64,000 nt of DNA. It comes from Macrostomum lignano. Its lineage: Eukaryota. The translations under genes and the position numbers were made by a program. The notes under the pieces are model-generated. The model searched no databases. It had not been told where the DNA came from and saw nothing but the letters and a program-made list of their open reading frames with translations. The stretch spans positions 1-64,000 of the forward strand of contig NIVC01001854.1 of assembly GCA_002269645.1 (NCBI GenBank), given 5' to 3'. Below, piece by piece: positions 36,501-45,200 of this stretch. Within the stretch, counting starts at the first letter, position 1; the number at the start of each line of letters is the position of its first letter.

Positions 36501-39500
36501 GCGAAATGAGACGGCTGTCTCCCTCCGGCACTTGTTCTTGCATCTCTGCTTCTTCATCAGACATCTTTTACCAATGAAGTAGAACCACAAGTAGAACCAC
36601 AAGTAGAACCACGCTCTGCTACCAGATGTTTTGATGGTTCATTCAATAAATTGAGTCTTCGCAGTAAGCGACTATTTTTCGGCTACTAGCCAACCGAACA
36701 AAACAACCAGCGTGCGCACTCTCTCTGGAGAGGCTGATAACTATATATTGCAATAATTTTAAATAAATGGGGTGGGTGCTGCTGAACATTATAAATGGGG
36801 GCTGGGGCTGAAACGTACGTATCAAAATCTCTGCTATGAAAGTTACGCGTAGGTGAATGAAAAGTACACTCGTACATGTAAGCCAACTCCTAAACAGTCA
36901 CATGATTTGGGAATGTGAATGAAAGGTTACATGATTATTTGTGAATTTGAATGGCAGGTCACATGATTTGGGAATGTGAATGGCAGATCACATAATTCGA
37001 GAATGTGAATGGTAGATCACATTATTTGGAAATTTGATTGTGAATCATAGATGGCATGATTTGGGAATTTGAATGGCAGGTCACATGATTTGGGAATGTG
37101 AATGGCAGCCCAGGTTACATTATTTGGGAATGTGAATAGCAGTTTGCACGATTTTGGAATGTGAATGGTAGACAAAATTATTTAAGAATTTTAATTATAG
37201 ATCACATGATTTGGGAACATGAATGGTAGGTTACATGATTTGGGAATATGAATGGCAGATAACATGATTTGGGAATGTGAATGGCAGGTTACATGATTTG
37301 GGAATATGAATGGCAGATCACATGATTTGGGAATGTGAATGGCAGCAGGTAACATGATTTGGGAATATTAATGGCAGGTCACATGATTTGGGAATGCGAA
37401 TCATAGATCGCATGATTTGGGAATGTAAATGGCAGGTCACATTATTTGGGAATGTGAATGGCAGATAGGTTGGTAAATGGTAAATTATCAAATAATTTGG
37501 AAGAGTATCAATAAATCAAAAACCCTTACCTAAGTTCACCAAGGTCATGCTTTGGCAAAGCCCTGGGGCTTTGTACTTCTTCTAGTAGCTCCATTGCAGC
37601 ATTGATCTTCTTTGATCTACATTATAAATAAAAATATCTTGAATCTACTGAGTCAATCATTAGGGATTAAATTTGATGCAGTTAATATGGACAAAGTTTT
37701 TATATTTTTTAATTAATTAGCAATATAATTATAAAAAATCAGAAGTCAAAATTATATTTACAATTGCTAAGTAAATTTCATCATATAAAAAAGCAAAAAT
37801 AAACAAGTATTGTTAAATCATTTCATATTTTAAAATGGCAATAATGCAATACTAAAGTAGTAGACTAGCCAAGTTTGGATCTACAATAAAAAATACACTA
37901 TTTAAGCCACCTATAGAAAGCACAATGTGCATCTCTAGAATTTGTCAGGAACAAAGGGACCTTGCTAGGGGGGGCCGTAGCCCAGCAGTAGCGCAGCTGC
38001 TCTGGTGTGCCGCGACCCAGGCTTGATTCCAAGTGCAGCCACATTAATTTGGGGCTGGATTGGAATCTTGGCTTGGCTTGCTTGTGCAATTAACGGCCTT
38101 GAAAGCCAACCCCCCCCCAAGGCGCAGTGAAGTGTACATGCCTAACAATTGATAAAGTTAGGGCCGCTGTACACTCCTGTGTGAGTGTGTGCCTGGGTAA
38201 CGTATCCGCGCACTTGTATGCCTGCTCAGGGGAGTCGGCGGAATGGGCAGTAATGCCTCTTGCCGGTTGTGTGCCAATGACGCTTAAATTGCGCCAGGGT
38301 GCACACAACCCCCCTGCCTCTAATAAAAAAGGGACCTTGCTAAACAAATCCATTATGTATTGTGTAAGTCTATTGTATCAATAAATGGATTTGATGAAAT
38401 AAAAAAGTAATTATTTGCTTATATTTTTATATTTCTATTTCCAATATAGTAAAATATTTAATGGCTATTTATGATTTGCTTTGTATAATATATTATATTG
38501 CCAAACAATTCAACTATCTTTGATTAAAATTTTTGAAAAAGATTTGAATAAAATAAGCTATCATAGATCATACAGGTATCATACAGGTATTAAATATTAA
38601 AATGCTAAGGTCCTTTTAAGGTAGTTTTATTAGGAAAATGAAAATTTTTTTCAGTAATAACAGTGTTTATTCAATTTATAATTTTAATTTGGATCTTTGG
38701 ATGTGATTTTCATTCAATTTGTTGACTTCATTGAATCAAATTAAATGCCACTTCATTATGCTACTATGTAGCAAAAAAGCAAAAAACATGAGCTGCACTA
38801 TCCTGTATTTAGCAGCATAAAATTTGCTATATACACTGAATGTGCAACTATATGTCAGTGGAAATGGTTATACACTACTCTACATAGTGTAGGTTTTTGA
38901 AATCCTTATGTGTGCAAAAGTTGTCTTCAAAAAGGGCCTTTACTATGGACTTTACATGTACTGTGAAATTGGCAAGATATTGTTTTATAAAAAAATATCA
39001 ATTTTTTCAATTATATCTAATACAAAATATTGGTAATGAATTGAAAAAATAGTTTATTATATTGGATTTGCATTTGCTTATGACTTTATACTATTACTAC
39101 TTTGTATAGATTATGTTAAGTGCCATAGTTTGGATTGTGTATTAGTGTACGCCAGGTCTAATGGGAGAAAAAGTACAGGACCATGTTTGTGTGCCAGGAC
39201 TAAAAAAAGTTTTTAACTATATATGCCAAAGTTGAACATTTTTTTTCATTTTTGAAATTATTATTCATGTAGAGTAACAAACTTTAAAATTGTGCACTTT
39301 TGCAATATGCAATGAGAAATAGTGATGGATCCAAATATTCGGATTTGGATTCCGAATCCAAAAAAGTCTCACTTTTTTAGAAATCTGAATGTTTCGGCTT
39401 CGGAAATTTTATTTTCCAAATTTCTGAATGTGCTTCCGAATATGAAAAAATCAAAAATTCAAAACAAAAGTATACTAATGTAACAGAAATACAACTTCTT

Positions 39501-41324
39501 GAAAAGAAAGTCCATTAAAAAACGAGAATGCAAAATTTAATGTAATATTGTTCGTTTTTACAATTGTCTGCTTTTGCAATAACGTATATTATAAAAAAAG
39601 TGTTATTAAGTAAAGTTACTTAACTTTGGACCTTTGGGGCATTCAACCTAAAGTTGCAGAAACATTTAATTGCAGTAATCATTGTTTAAGTGTAATCATC
39701 ACTTTTCAAAATGCAAATGCAACGGACTTTACGTTCACTAAATTATATACTGTAATTTAGTTATCATTTCAAATTGCACAAATGTAATGTCATATAGTAT
39801 TAGTAATTGGAATTAGTTAGATTAGATATATAAGTATTGAGTTTAAGTCTAGTTTAATTCAATTCAGATACTAGATAGATATAGTATAAGCCCGACATTA
39901 GATTGAATCTTATAAGTAAATTAATGTACAGCACTAATACAATTACTAATTAGATGACGAGGTATTTTCGTCACTAAAAGGTGTCATATTTACTCCCACC
40001 GTGTACCTTTTACTTTGTCTACATTTGGAAACACATTCGGATATTCGGATTTGGAATTTTTTTGTACATTTGGATTCGGTTTTAGCAACTTGCAAAAATC
40101 TACATTTGGTCCATCACTAATGAGAAAGTACAATTAGAAAAGAAGCACATTAAATACTTTTTATTTGCTAAGAATAAAAAAAACAAGTATTTAAAAACAA
40201 TTAGTTTAAATTTGTTTTTTATTATTCTTTTTTCTATAATAACAATGTTGCATATAGCATATTCTATGTAGTCACTTTATTTGATCTTAACATATATGTA
40301 GATATGTCATAAATATAAGCCAAAAATTTTCTACTGTGTTATATATGCTGGGATATATGCTGATGTATGCTAAAAAATTGTAAATATCCTTGTTTTATGC
40401 CAAGAAATCTTAGCATACATGTTGCCTTCCAAACTATAGGTTAAGTGAATGCCTAAACAAAATTTGATAGTTACAAATGCCAAAAAAATTAAGTGCATAT
40501 CCACATTCTTAAATCTAAGCTAGTGTTACAACAATAAATGACCATTTTGGTGGATTATTTAGTTGATTATTTATCTTTCTTGCTTATAATACTTTTAGCA
40601 GAAAATTAATAAGCCAAACATTTTTTTAATTAGAGGCCTATCTTGTTAAAAGCTGAAAAACCTAGAAAGCTTGAAATTTATGCTTAAAAATGAACTTAGG
40701 CCCCTATTCAATCTTTTTTACCACTTAACAAACTTTTCTGCATGATTCTATAACTTAGTGCATGCCAGCTATATATATACTTTTTTCTTAAAAGTCATAT
40801 TTGTCAACTATATACACGTTAACATGCCTAACTTTAGGCTTACAAGGCCAATGCATGCCTGAATTTTTGGGCATATATTATATGATACTACATATACTAC
40901 ATGGTATTAATAATAAGTCTAAGAATGAATAATTAGTTTTTTTAGTTTTAAAATGCAAAAATATAAATTTTTATTTAGATCAAATTATTTTAAATGATAC
41001 TTACAAAAGTGAAGGAAAATATGATGCATTTATATTTTTACTACTAGACCTAGCACTACCACCACCACCATATTGATGTTGATGAAAATTCAAGTTCAAA
41101 ATTCTATTATGCAAGAATTGAATAAGATAGTCATCGTCTAAGTTGGTGTCATTTAACAAAATATTATGGGCAGTTCTAAGCCCATCAGGGCCATTGCTAG
41201 CAAACTTTGCACTAAGAAATATTTTGCTGTTAAAGGACTCTAAAACACAAGCCACGAGACTATAGCAATAAATAATAATAGCAAAGTGAAAAATAAAGTG
41301 GGTAGGTCGACTGGAAAAATACAT
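24542..41324 (-). CDS. EDEM2: EDEM2-like ER degradation-enhancing alpha-mannosidase (GH47), ~687 aa, 7 exons
   Basis: Exons 41324-41005, 37616-37530, 29401-28968, 28187-27885, 26521-26343, 26270-26058, 25069-24542; GT-AG, phase-compatible, 2064 nt. Motifs [85 protein letters not shown] match the EDEM2 subfamily. Exons 1-2 are less certain than exons 3-7. Confidence 0.93.
25093..26045. repeat. 22-23-bp minisatellite filling the last EDEM2 intron (sense unit GTAAGTAGGGAAATAGGGATCT)
   Basis: Plus-strand unit CAGATCCCTATTTCCCTACTTA, ~42 copies, more diverged toward 26045. Confidence 0.95.
26620..27840. repeat. 16-bp minisatellite (TCACTCTATCCGTGTG) in an EDEM2 intron
   Basis: ~75 variable copies; source of the [10 protein letters not shown] ORFs. 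Confidence 0.95.
28389..28945. repeat. 20-bp minisatellite (GTGGCGCTAAAATCTAGCCA) in an EDEM2 intron
   Basis: ~27 copies. Confidence 0.95.
29512..29860. repeat. 29-bp minisatellite (ACATGATTTGGGAATGTGAATGGCAGGTT), left part, interrupted by the LTR element
   Basis: The same unit resumes at 36897. Confidence 0.93.
29861..36896 (-). mobile_element. Full-length Bel/Pao LTR retrotransposon, 7036 bp
   Basis: 270-bp TG..CA LTRs at 29861-30130 and 36627-36896, identical by eye; 5-bp TSD GTCAC; PBS TGGTAGCAGAGCGTGGTT (36624-36607) complementary to the initiator-Met tRNA 3' end; polypurine tract AGGAAGGGGGGAA next to the 3' LTR. Confidence 0.98.
30739..36564 (-). CDS. Bel/Pao gag-pol polyprotein, 1941 aa, uninterrupted
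   Basis: DUF1759-like gag ([14 protein letters not shown]), CCHC knuckles, protease [15 protein letters not shown], Pao RNase H ([21 protein letters not shown]), integrase (HHCC; DMGGP; SDNGGNF; GGAHE) and DUF5641-like C-terminus, in Bel/Pao order. Confidence 0.98.
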   Translation of the reverse strand: MSDEEAEMQEQVPEGDSRLISLKARKAVDKCAFTKQRNRLLKVLGSDGATLADVEPLAGTLDDHYERVSAVLQAILPEVVGNLPVQVQTVKELEKLETEYGEIVNLLRELRKREREVRLESREIEQKEMRQKELEAVRRQRIEMEEEERRMQQEFAERQRELDVRLDALRLAETSASANDQLYSSQLRVEAAVQSQAAYSVPVANPMVQADPSVNPLIGGGSDQLRSAEQGGERVKAGEKSIPPTPTGGKCDHADSNQPRGQLGIQAMYGGANSPIGASPAAAAECTAKAWAEERIGQDMWRQLQRVAIPVFSGDKREFEGWRAAFYACVHASPSSEAYKLLQLRQSLRGEALKLVANLGYSEFAYKAALERLEREYGGERRRLMLALEDLDSFQPIQIENASQLKKLADLLDVTVVNLQAAGRESELSNNGLMYLRVQKKLPTETLARFHRWIGEARKEDSLRTLHRWLLTEAEYMTVACEAVRGVASSGETGRHDSVKAKKTVSRGAAAARSFFVKTNDSNSQNKEQAEGRKGCGLCGEQHGVWSCPRFQRMEPGARWATVRDKRLCFCCLGANHLAGACKRARVCGVDGCKANHNRLLHQRGPAATTANPHEGGSPKTIERPKSFQEKKSTVQEPQEACTLLARTSPSIALRTVPVILSNGGREVRVNVLLDDASTRSYLNSDVAAELGLEGNLEPMTVKVLNGQVSTFQTVPVEVDIRSLDGAFRATVTAHTTEKVTGGMEAVDWSQLAKRWAHLRGVPFDKIKGKQTVDMLIGVDNADLHFACREVGGQPGEPIARLTPIGWTCVGPVNQVGTAEEQQQQTFFTVTAENEASDLLRKMWEIDEVPDGGQQARMSAEDQKIVEATRASLKMENGRFQVAIPWKKNPEELPMNNEAALQRLVSTEKRLLKNPELAKAYQAVIDKHLAKGYVREVGISEPSQAGQWFLPHFAIVRADKETTKVRIVFDAAARSNGVCLNDTIHTGPKLQQDLLKVLLRFRKHPVALAADIEEMYLRVRIAPEDRRFFRFLWRDLDLKQTPKSYEFCSVVFGVNCSPFLAQFVAQENARHYQQQLPLAANTVLHSTYMDDSLDSVETVGQAVKLFQQLVELWSKAGMRACKWMSNSLEVLQHVPVEDRAERAELLLKGEARTAKALGVNWNAKEDVLGISISESNASGKVMTKRLLLRGVAEVFDPCGFLAPVVITGKIMLQLAWQQGVGWDEALDPELADQAFQWTSELSKATRLAVPRCLRPDNGSIELHSFVDASQEAYGAVVYLRSETMSKTTVRFVAAKAKVAPLMAVSIPRLELMAAVLGLRLARAVAEALEIAIESVVFWSDSHNVLWWIRRQSRAFKPFVANRVAFIQQQVQPNQWRYVPTGLNPADVASRGCSVQELMDNELWWNGPGFLARCSNDWPEMPIPVAPETTEANTRRRELASIQKRCAEPVCLVTTDEEDKTGWRLKPERFSSFHRLQRVFAWVLRFIRNCQTEKYQRSGGELLVDELEEVEERLVRLAQEEAFKTDTVNEKKLRCLQPVRDAAGVLRVDGRLKFRPQAPFAARHPSILPRKHWITKLIIKQYHEQQSHGGTNQTLAALSAKYWVICAREAIREWEVECAVCKREKARPIVQQMAPLPDARVAGSLKAFTNVAVDMGGPFVTIQGRFKKRQKRYLALFTCLETRAVHLEMTYSLDADSFLNAFYRMVNRRGLPKAMYSDNGGNFVKGADELRLLEELDRTRISRETSKQRVKWNFQPPAAPHFGGAHEVMIRAAKRALHAILGSADVTDEELQSAITGAEALINSRPITYQSANPRDEEPLTPNHFLHGQAGGQFAPDVPDDVAADPRRRWRRVQELVRHVWRRWMREWLPGLQPRAKWAGPQRDLQPGDVVLVIKADSPRGHWPLGRVVEVYPGSDNRVRVAKVQVGGTVFVRPVSKLCYLE
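36897..37465. repeat. 29-bp minisatellite, right part
   Basis: Continuation of 29512-29860 across the LTR insertion. Confidence 0.93.
37968..38327 (+). mobile_element. tRNA-derived SINE, ~360 bp
   Basis: A-box-like TAGCCCAGCAGTAG, B-box-like GGCTTGATTCC, 3' AATAAAAA tail, 15-bp TSD AAAGGGACCTTGCTA (37953-37967, 38328-38342). Confidence 0.85.
39320..40119. mobile_element. hAT-type non-autonomous element, 800 bp
   Basis: TIRs TAGTGATGGA..CAAAT / ATTTGGTCCATCACTA; perfect 8-bp TSD ATGAGAAA; ATTCGGAT subterminal repeats at both ends. Confidence 0.9.
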
Positions 41325-42000
41325 AACGAAAATATTTAATTTACACTTTTACAGATAGTCCCGCGAGGTTAGCTAAGAGCATAAGCTGTATTTAGCAGGC
41401 CTAAGTCCCGACTCTCAAGATAAGTAAAAATAAAAATACAGAAATTCAAAGAAAACTAAAGGGCAACAAAACAGAATCTTTCGTTACGTAGGTTGCCTGT
41501 TGTTAACTGCAAATTATTAAAGTGGTCACGTATATGTATCAATTGACGACTGCACCAATAAAGATTGATTTCCTACGATTAACATAACGTCGCTACAGGT
41601 GCGCCGGCGTCGAGTCAGCCGCGGGCCACATTAAGGTGGTTTTGAATTCATGCACACAGATTTTCTTAGAAGCAAAACCTGTTTCACACAACATTTGCTT
41701 TTACTTAGCTATTATAAAATAACTTTTTTAGCTTTCGTGTTTAAAATATTTTAGTAATTATGCTACCGAACAAAGTACTACAGTTCACTTTGTTTACTAA
41801 ATCAAAAAATTCAAAGTGTTAATAGTAGTGTGATTTTTCATTTTAAATGAGTTCAAACTGTGTAGAAAATGCTGCGTGTAGTACTGTGCTGTTTATAACT
41901 GTCTTAGGGTGATTTTTAGCATGCTAGGGGCCTAAACAAAATCATTAGTATTCAAACAAGGCTATTTGGTTTAAGCAAAGTTTCGCTTATGTAACTCGTG

Positions 42001-42008
42001 TGACGTGA
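42001..42008. promoter_or_regulatory. Candidate UPRE (XBP1s/ATF6-type site) upstream of EDEM2
   Basis: TGACGTGA matches TGACGTG(G/A), ~680 bp upstream of the predicted ATG; an 8-mer can occur by chance. Confidence 0.25.
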
Positions 42009-42249
42009 GTTGTATCATCACACTTGTTGACTTGTTTAACTTTAAGCTTTTTATATTACCGATTCCATAACCCCCGAATCGGTTCGGTTCGAAGCTTTTT
42101 GTGTTGTCTGTTCCGTTTTCAGAATCGGTTTCAGAACCCTGTTCTGGTTCTGGAATTTAGATCGAGGAATTTTCCCGATCCATTATCATGTTTACATTTT
42201 AACAGTTAGGGCCTAAGGCTAATTAGATTTGAAATTGTCAAGTTTTTAT

Positions 42250-45200
42250 TAGTAGGGACTCCAGTGAGATTTTGAAAGTTAAAAGTCTGACAGATTTTTT
42301 ATGCTTATCTGATAGATCTTACTTTCTTGTTTGCAAAAAGTATTATATTATTAGATTTGGTAAAGGAATAAGAAAGTTGTGGCCATTTTAGTGACCATTT
42401 TTTGCGGATTCTCTTATGGGATATTTGCATTATGGGCTGTGATCATTTTTTCCAAAATATTTGTTTTTTTCGTGGTTGACCAGCAAGAACTTTCGTTTTG
42501 TATTACCAATTTTGCTGTTCTTGGTGTCATTTTTTTGCTTTTTTTCTTGCCTTGCTTGCTATGTACAAGGCAAGTCAGTGGTGTCCTTTCTTCTTAAGTT
42601 ATTTTGCACTAAGTATAGGAAAAATGATAACTGTGTGTGGTCACGGGGGCAATACATATGCTTTTTAAAGCTACAATTTGATTTTATTGATAAATTATTA
42701 TAAATTTATTATACTAAATTTAAAAAACATAATAAATTATATTTATTATATTATTATAAATTAAAATTAAATGTATCATAATAAATAATATATTATAAGT
42801 TTATTTATATTATTATAAATATTACAAATATATTATAAACTATTGATAACTGAGACATAAATTATATGTCTCATTATTGATAATGAGACATATTCATACT
42901 TATTTGGCACTGAATCACCTGAGTAACTCAGTAAGTCAATCAATATGTTACCATTCCAGCTGCCACTGGAGTAGACTACTGGAGTACTGACTGACTAAAC
43001 AATACTATCTATGGCCACATCCTCCACACCCAAGACCAAGCCCAACCTTCGGCTTCGTGGCAGGTCCAGATCATCCATTCGCCCAGTCACCAATGGCCAG
43101 GTGATTACTCATCTCAAGTCCAGCAGCCAGGCCCATACAGGACTTGACAAGGCCCAGCCGATTCTGAAACTGGTTGGGCTACCTTCTCACTTGATGGAGT
43201 TTGTCTCTGACAATCTGAAGAAGGCACTCCTGAAAAGGATTAAGGATTTAGAGAGAGAAGCCCAAATTCTGCTGAAGAGTCACACTCGTGAGGCTGCGTC
43301 TGGTGATGGCATCTCGACATATGAGGCCCATTTGGCACGAGAATTCGAACCTCCAGCGGCATTGCAACAGCTGTTGAACCCAATGGCAATGCCGATTGTG
43401 CCTTTGTCAACATCACCAATGCCAATGGCCTCGAACTCACCGACTCCAGCAAGGCTTGACCAATCGAAGCAGTCTGGCATGAGTGTCTCTGTCGAAGAGA
43501 AGATCGGCATCGAGGCAGCCATTGTTGATCTGCGAGTTCACAAGGCCAAAGCCAAAGTTGCGCAGCTGAAGGCCGCCCTGGCCGAGCAGAAAGCTGAAGT
43601 CCGGCGACTGAGGGCTAAGCTAGCCAAGCGGCCTGAAATTCGCGTCTGGAATCAGCGTCTCAGACGGCTACAAGGCAGATACGACAAGCTGCGTGCTGAG
43701 CATGCCAAGCGGCAGGCCTTTGCATCATCTGCCAGCCGTAGGCGTGACCTGCGCTTGAGGCGTGCCAACAGCCGTAGCAAGTCAAGTCAGCTCGCCACTG
43801 AGAGAGTGAAGGAGCTCAGAGCCGATACCCGCAGTTTGCACGGCCTCATCTGTGAAGCAAACGAGAAGCTTCAACAGCAGAGTGTGGGCTCCATCATCAC
43901 CAAGACATCACGTCCGAGTGGAGGACAGCAGTACACGAACCAGGTCATCAGCACCTGTATGCACTTGGTGCTGGACTGCCACGTCCCTGTGCAGCACGTC
44001 AAGCCAGCGATTCGACGCGTCCTCACGGACCTCGTTGGCATCGACGCCGGCAACTTGGCGCTTCCGTCGCGTTCGCAGGTCAGTGCTTTGAGCTACAGCC
44101 TTGGCAGCTGCCTAGCTAAGGCGAGCGCGATGGAGAAGCTGCTGCATCAGGGGGCAAAGGAGGACCGACCAATAACGATCTTGCATGATGCTACCAGCAA
44201 GAAGGGCCGACACTATGCCGCCTACCAGGTAAACTTGAGTAATGCATTTTCGTGCATATTGACAAATAATTGGACTTAAAGGAAGGAAATGAATTTAATA
44301 ATTAATTATTATTATTAATATTCACAAAAAGAGAACTTTTAGTTAATAAGAATGAACTTTTATATTCACAATATGCTTTGTATTACATATGCACCATTCA
44401 TAGGTTGACACTGGGGACAGCCGCCCGATGGCTGTTTCTCTTCGCGAGGTCGAGGGTGGCACCGCGAACATCTACGCCCGCGAACTGGACTACTCGGTGG
44501 AAGAGCTGGTCGATCTGTTTTGCTCGGTAGTTCTTGCCCACTCGAGCGACGAAGAGAGACGCCGCCTGAAGTGTAATCTACTGGCACGCGTCAACTTCCT
44601 AATGACTGACCGACACGTGGTCAACAAGTGCCTCAACGTACTGCTCAACGAGATGCGGCAGGAGCTGGCAACCCAGCAAGGCGTGAACCCACCTCCACCT
44701 GTGACTGCACTGTTCTGCGGCATGCATGTGATTGTAAATCTTGCTGCTGCCGCAGAAGCTGCGCTGCGCGAGTGGGAGACTTGCATGGCTGCAGAGGCCG
44801 TCGGATCTGCTGCCCTCCCTGGCTTCCGCCCGTCCCAAGCTGAATCTGGCACGCAGCGTCTAATCCGCACCGTCTGCAAGGCGTTCCATGCCCTGGGCAG
44901 TGAACAGTGTGGCGTTGCGATTCCGCTTCAAACGTATCTGGAGTCGAAGGGCGCACCGTCCCTTCGTTTGGACGACTTCCGTGGCAACCGCGCCTACATC
45001 ACATTTCCCAACGGGGGAAACATTTTCTGGCAGCGAGACCGCCTGTCCGAGTTCCTGGCTGAGTACACCTGCAGCAACCGCCTGCTGATCGCAGTGCAGG
45101 CTGACTTGGCATCTGATTTGCTGCTGAGTGGCTGCCGTGCACTCGGAATTGCTGACGTTCTGCTAATCCGGCCACTGTGGGTGCTCCTGCGCTGCCGAGA

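Noticed and set aside
30884-36577. Many short antisense or alternate-frame ORFs inside gag-pol and the DDE transposase
   Set aside because: Expected by-products of GC-rich coding sequence.
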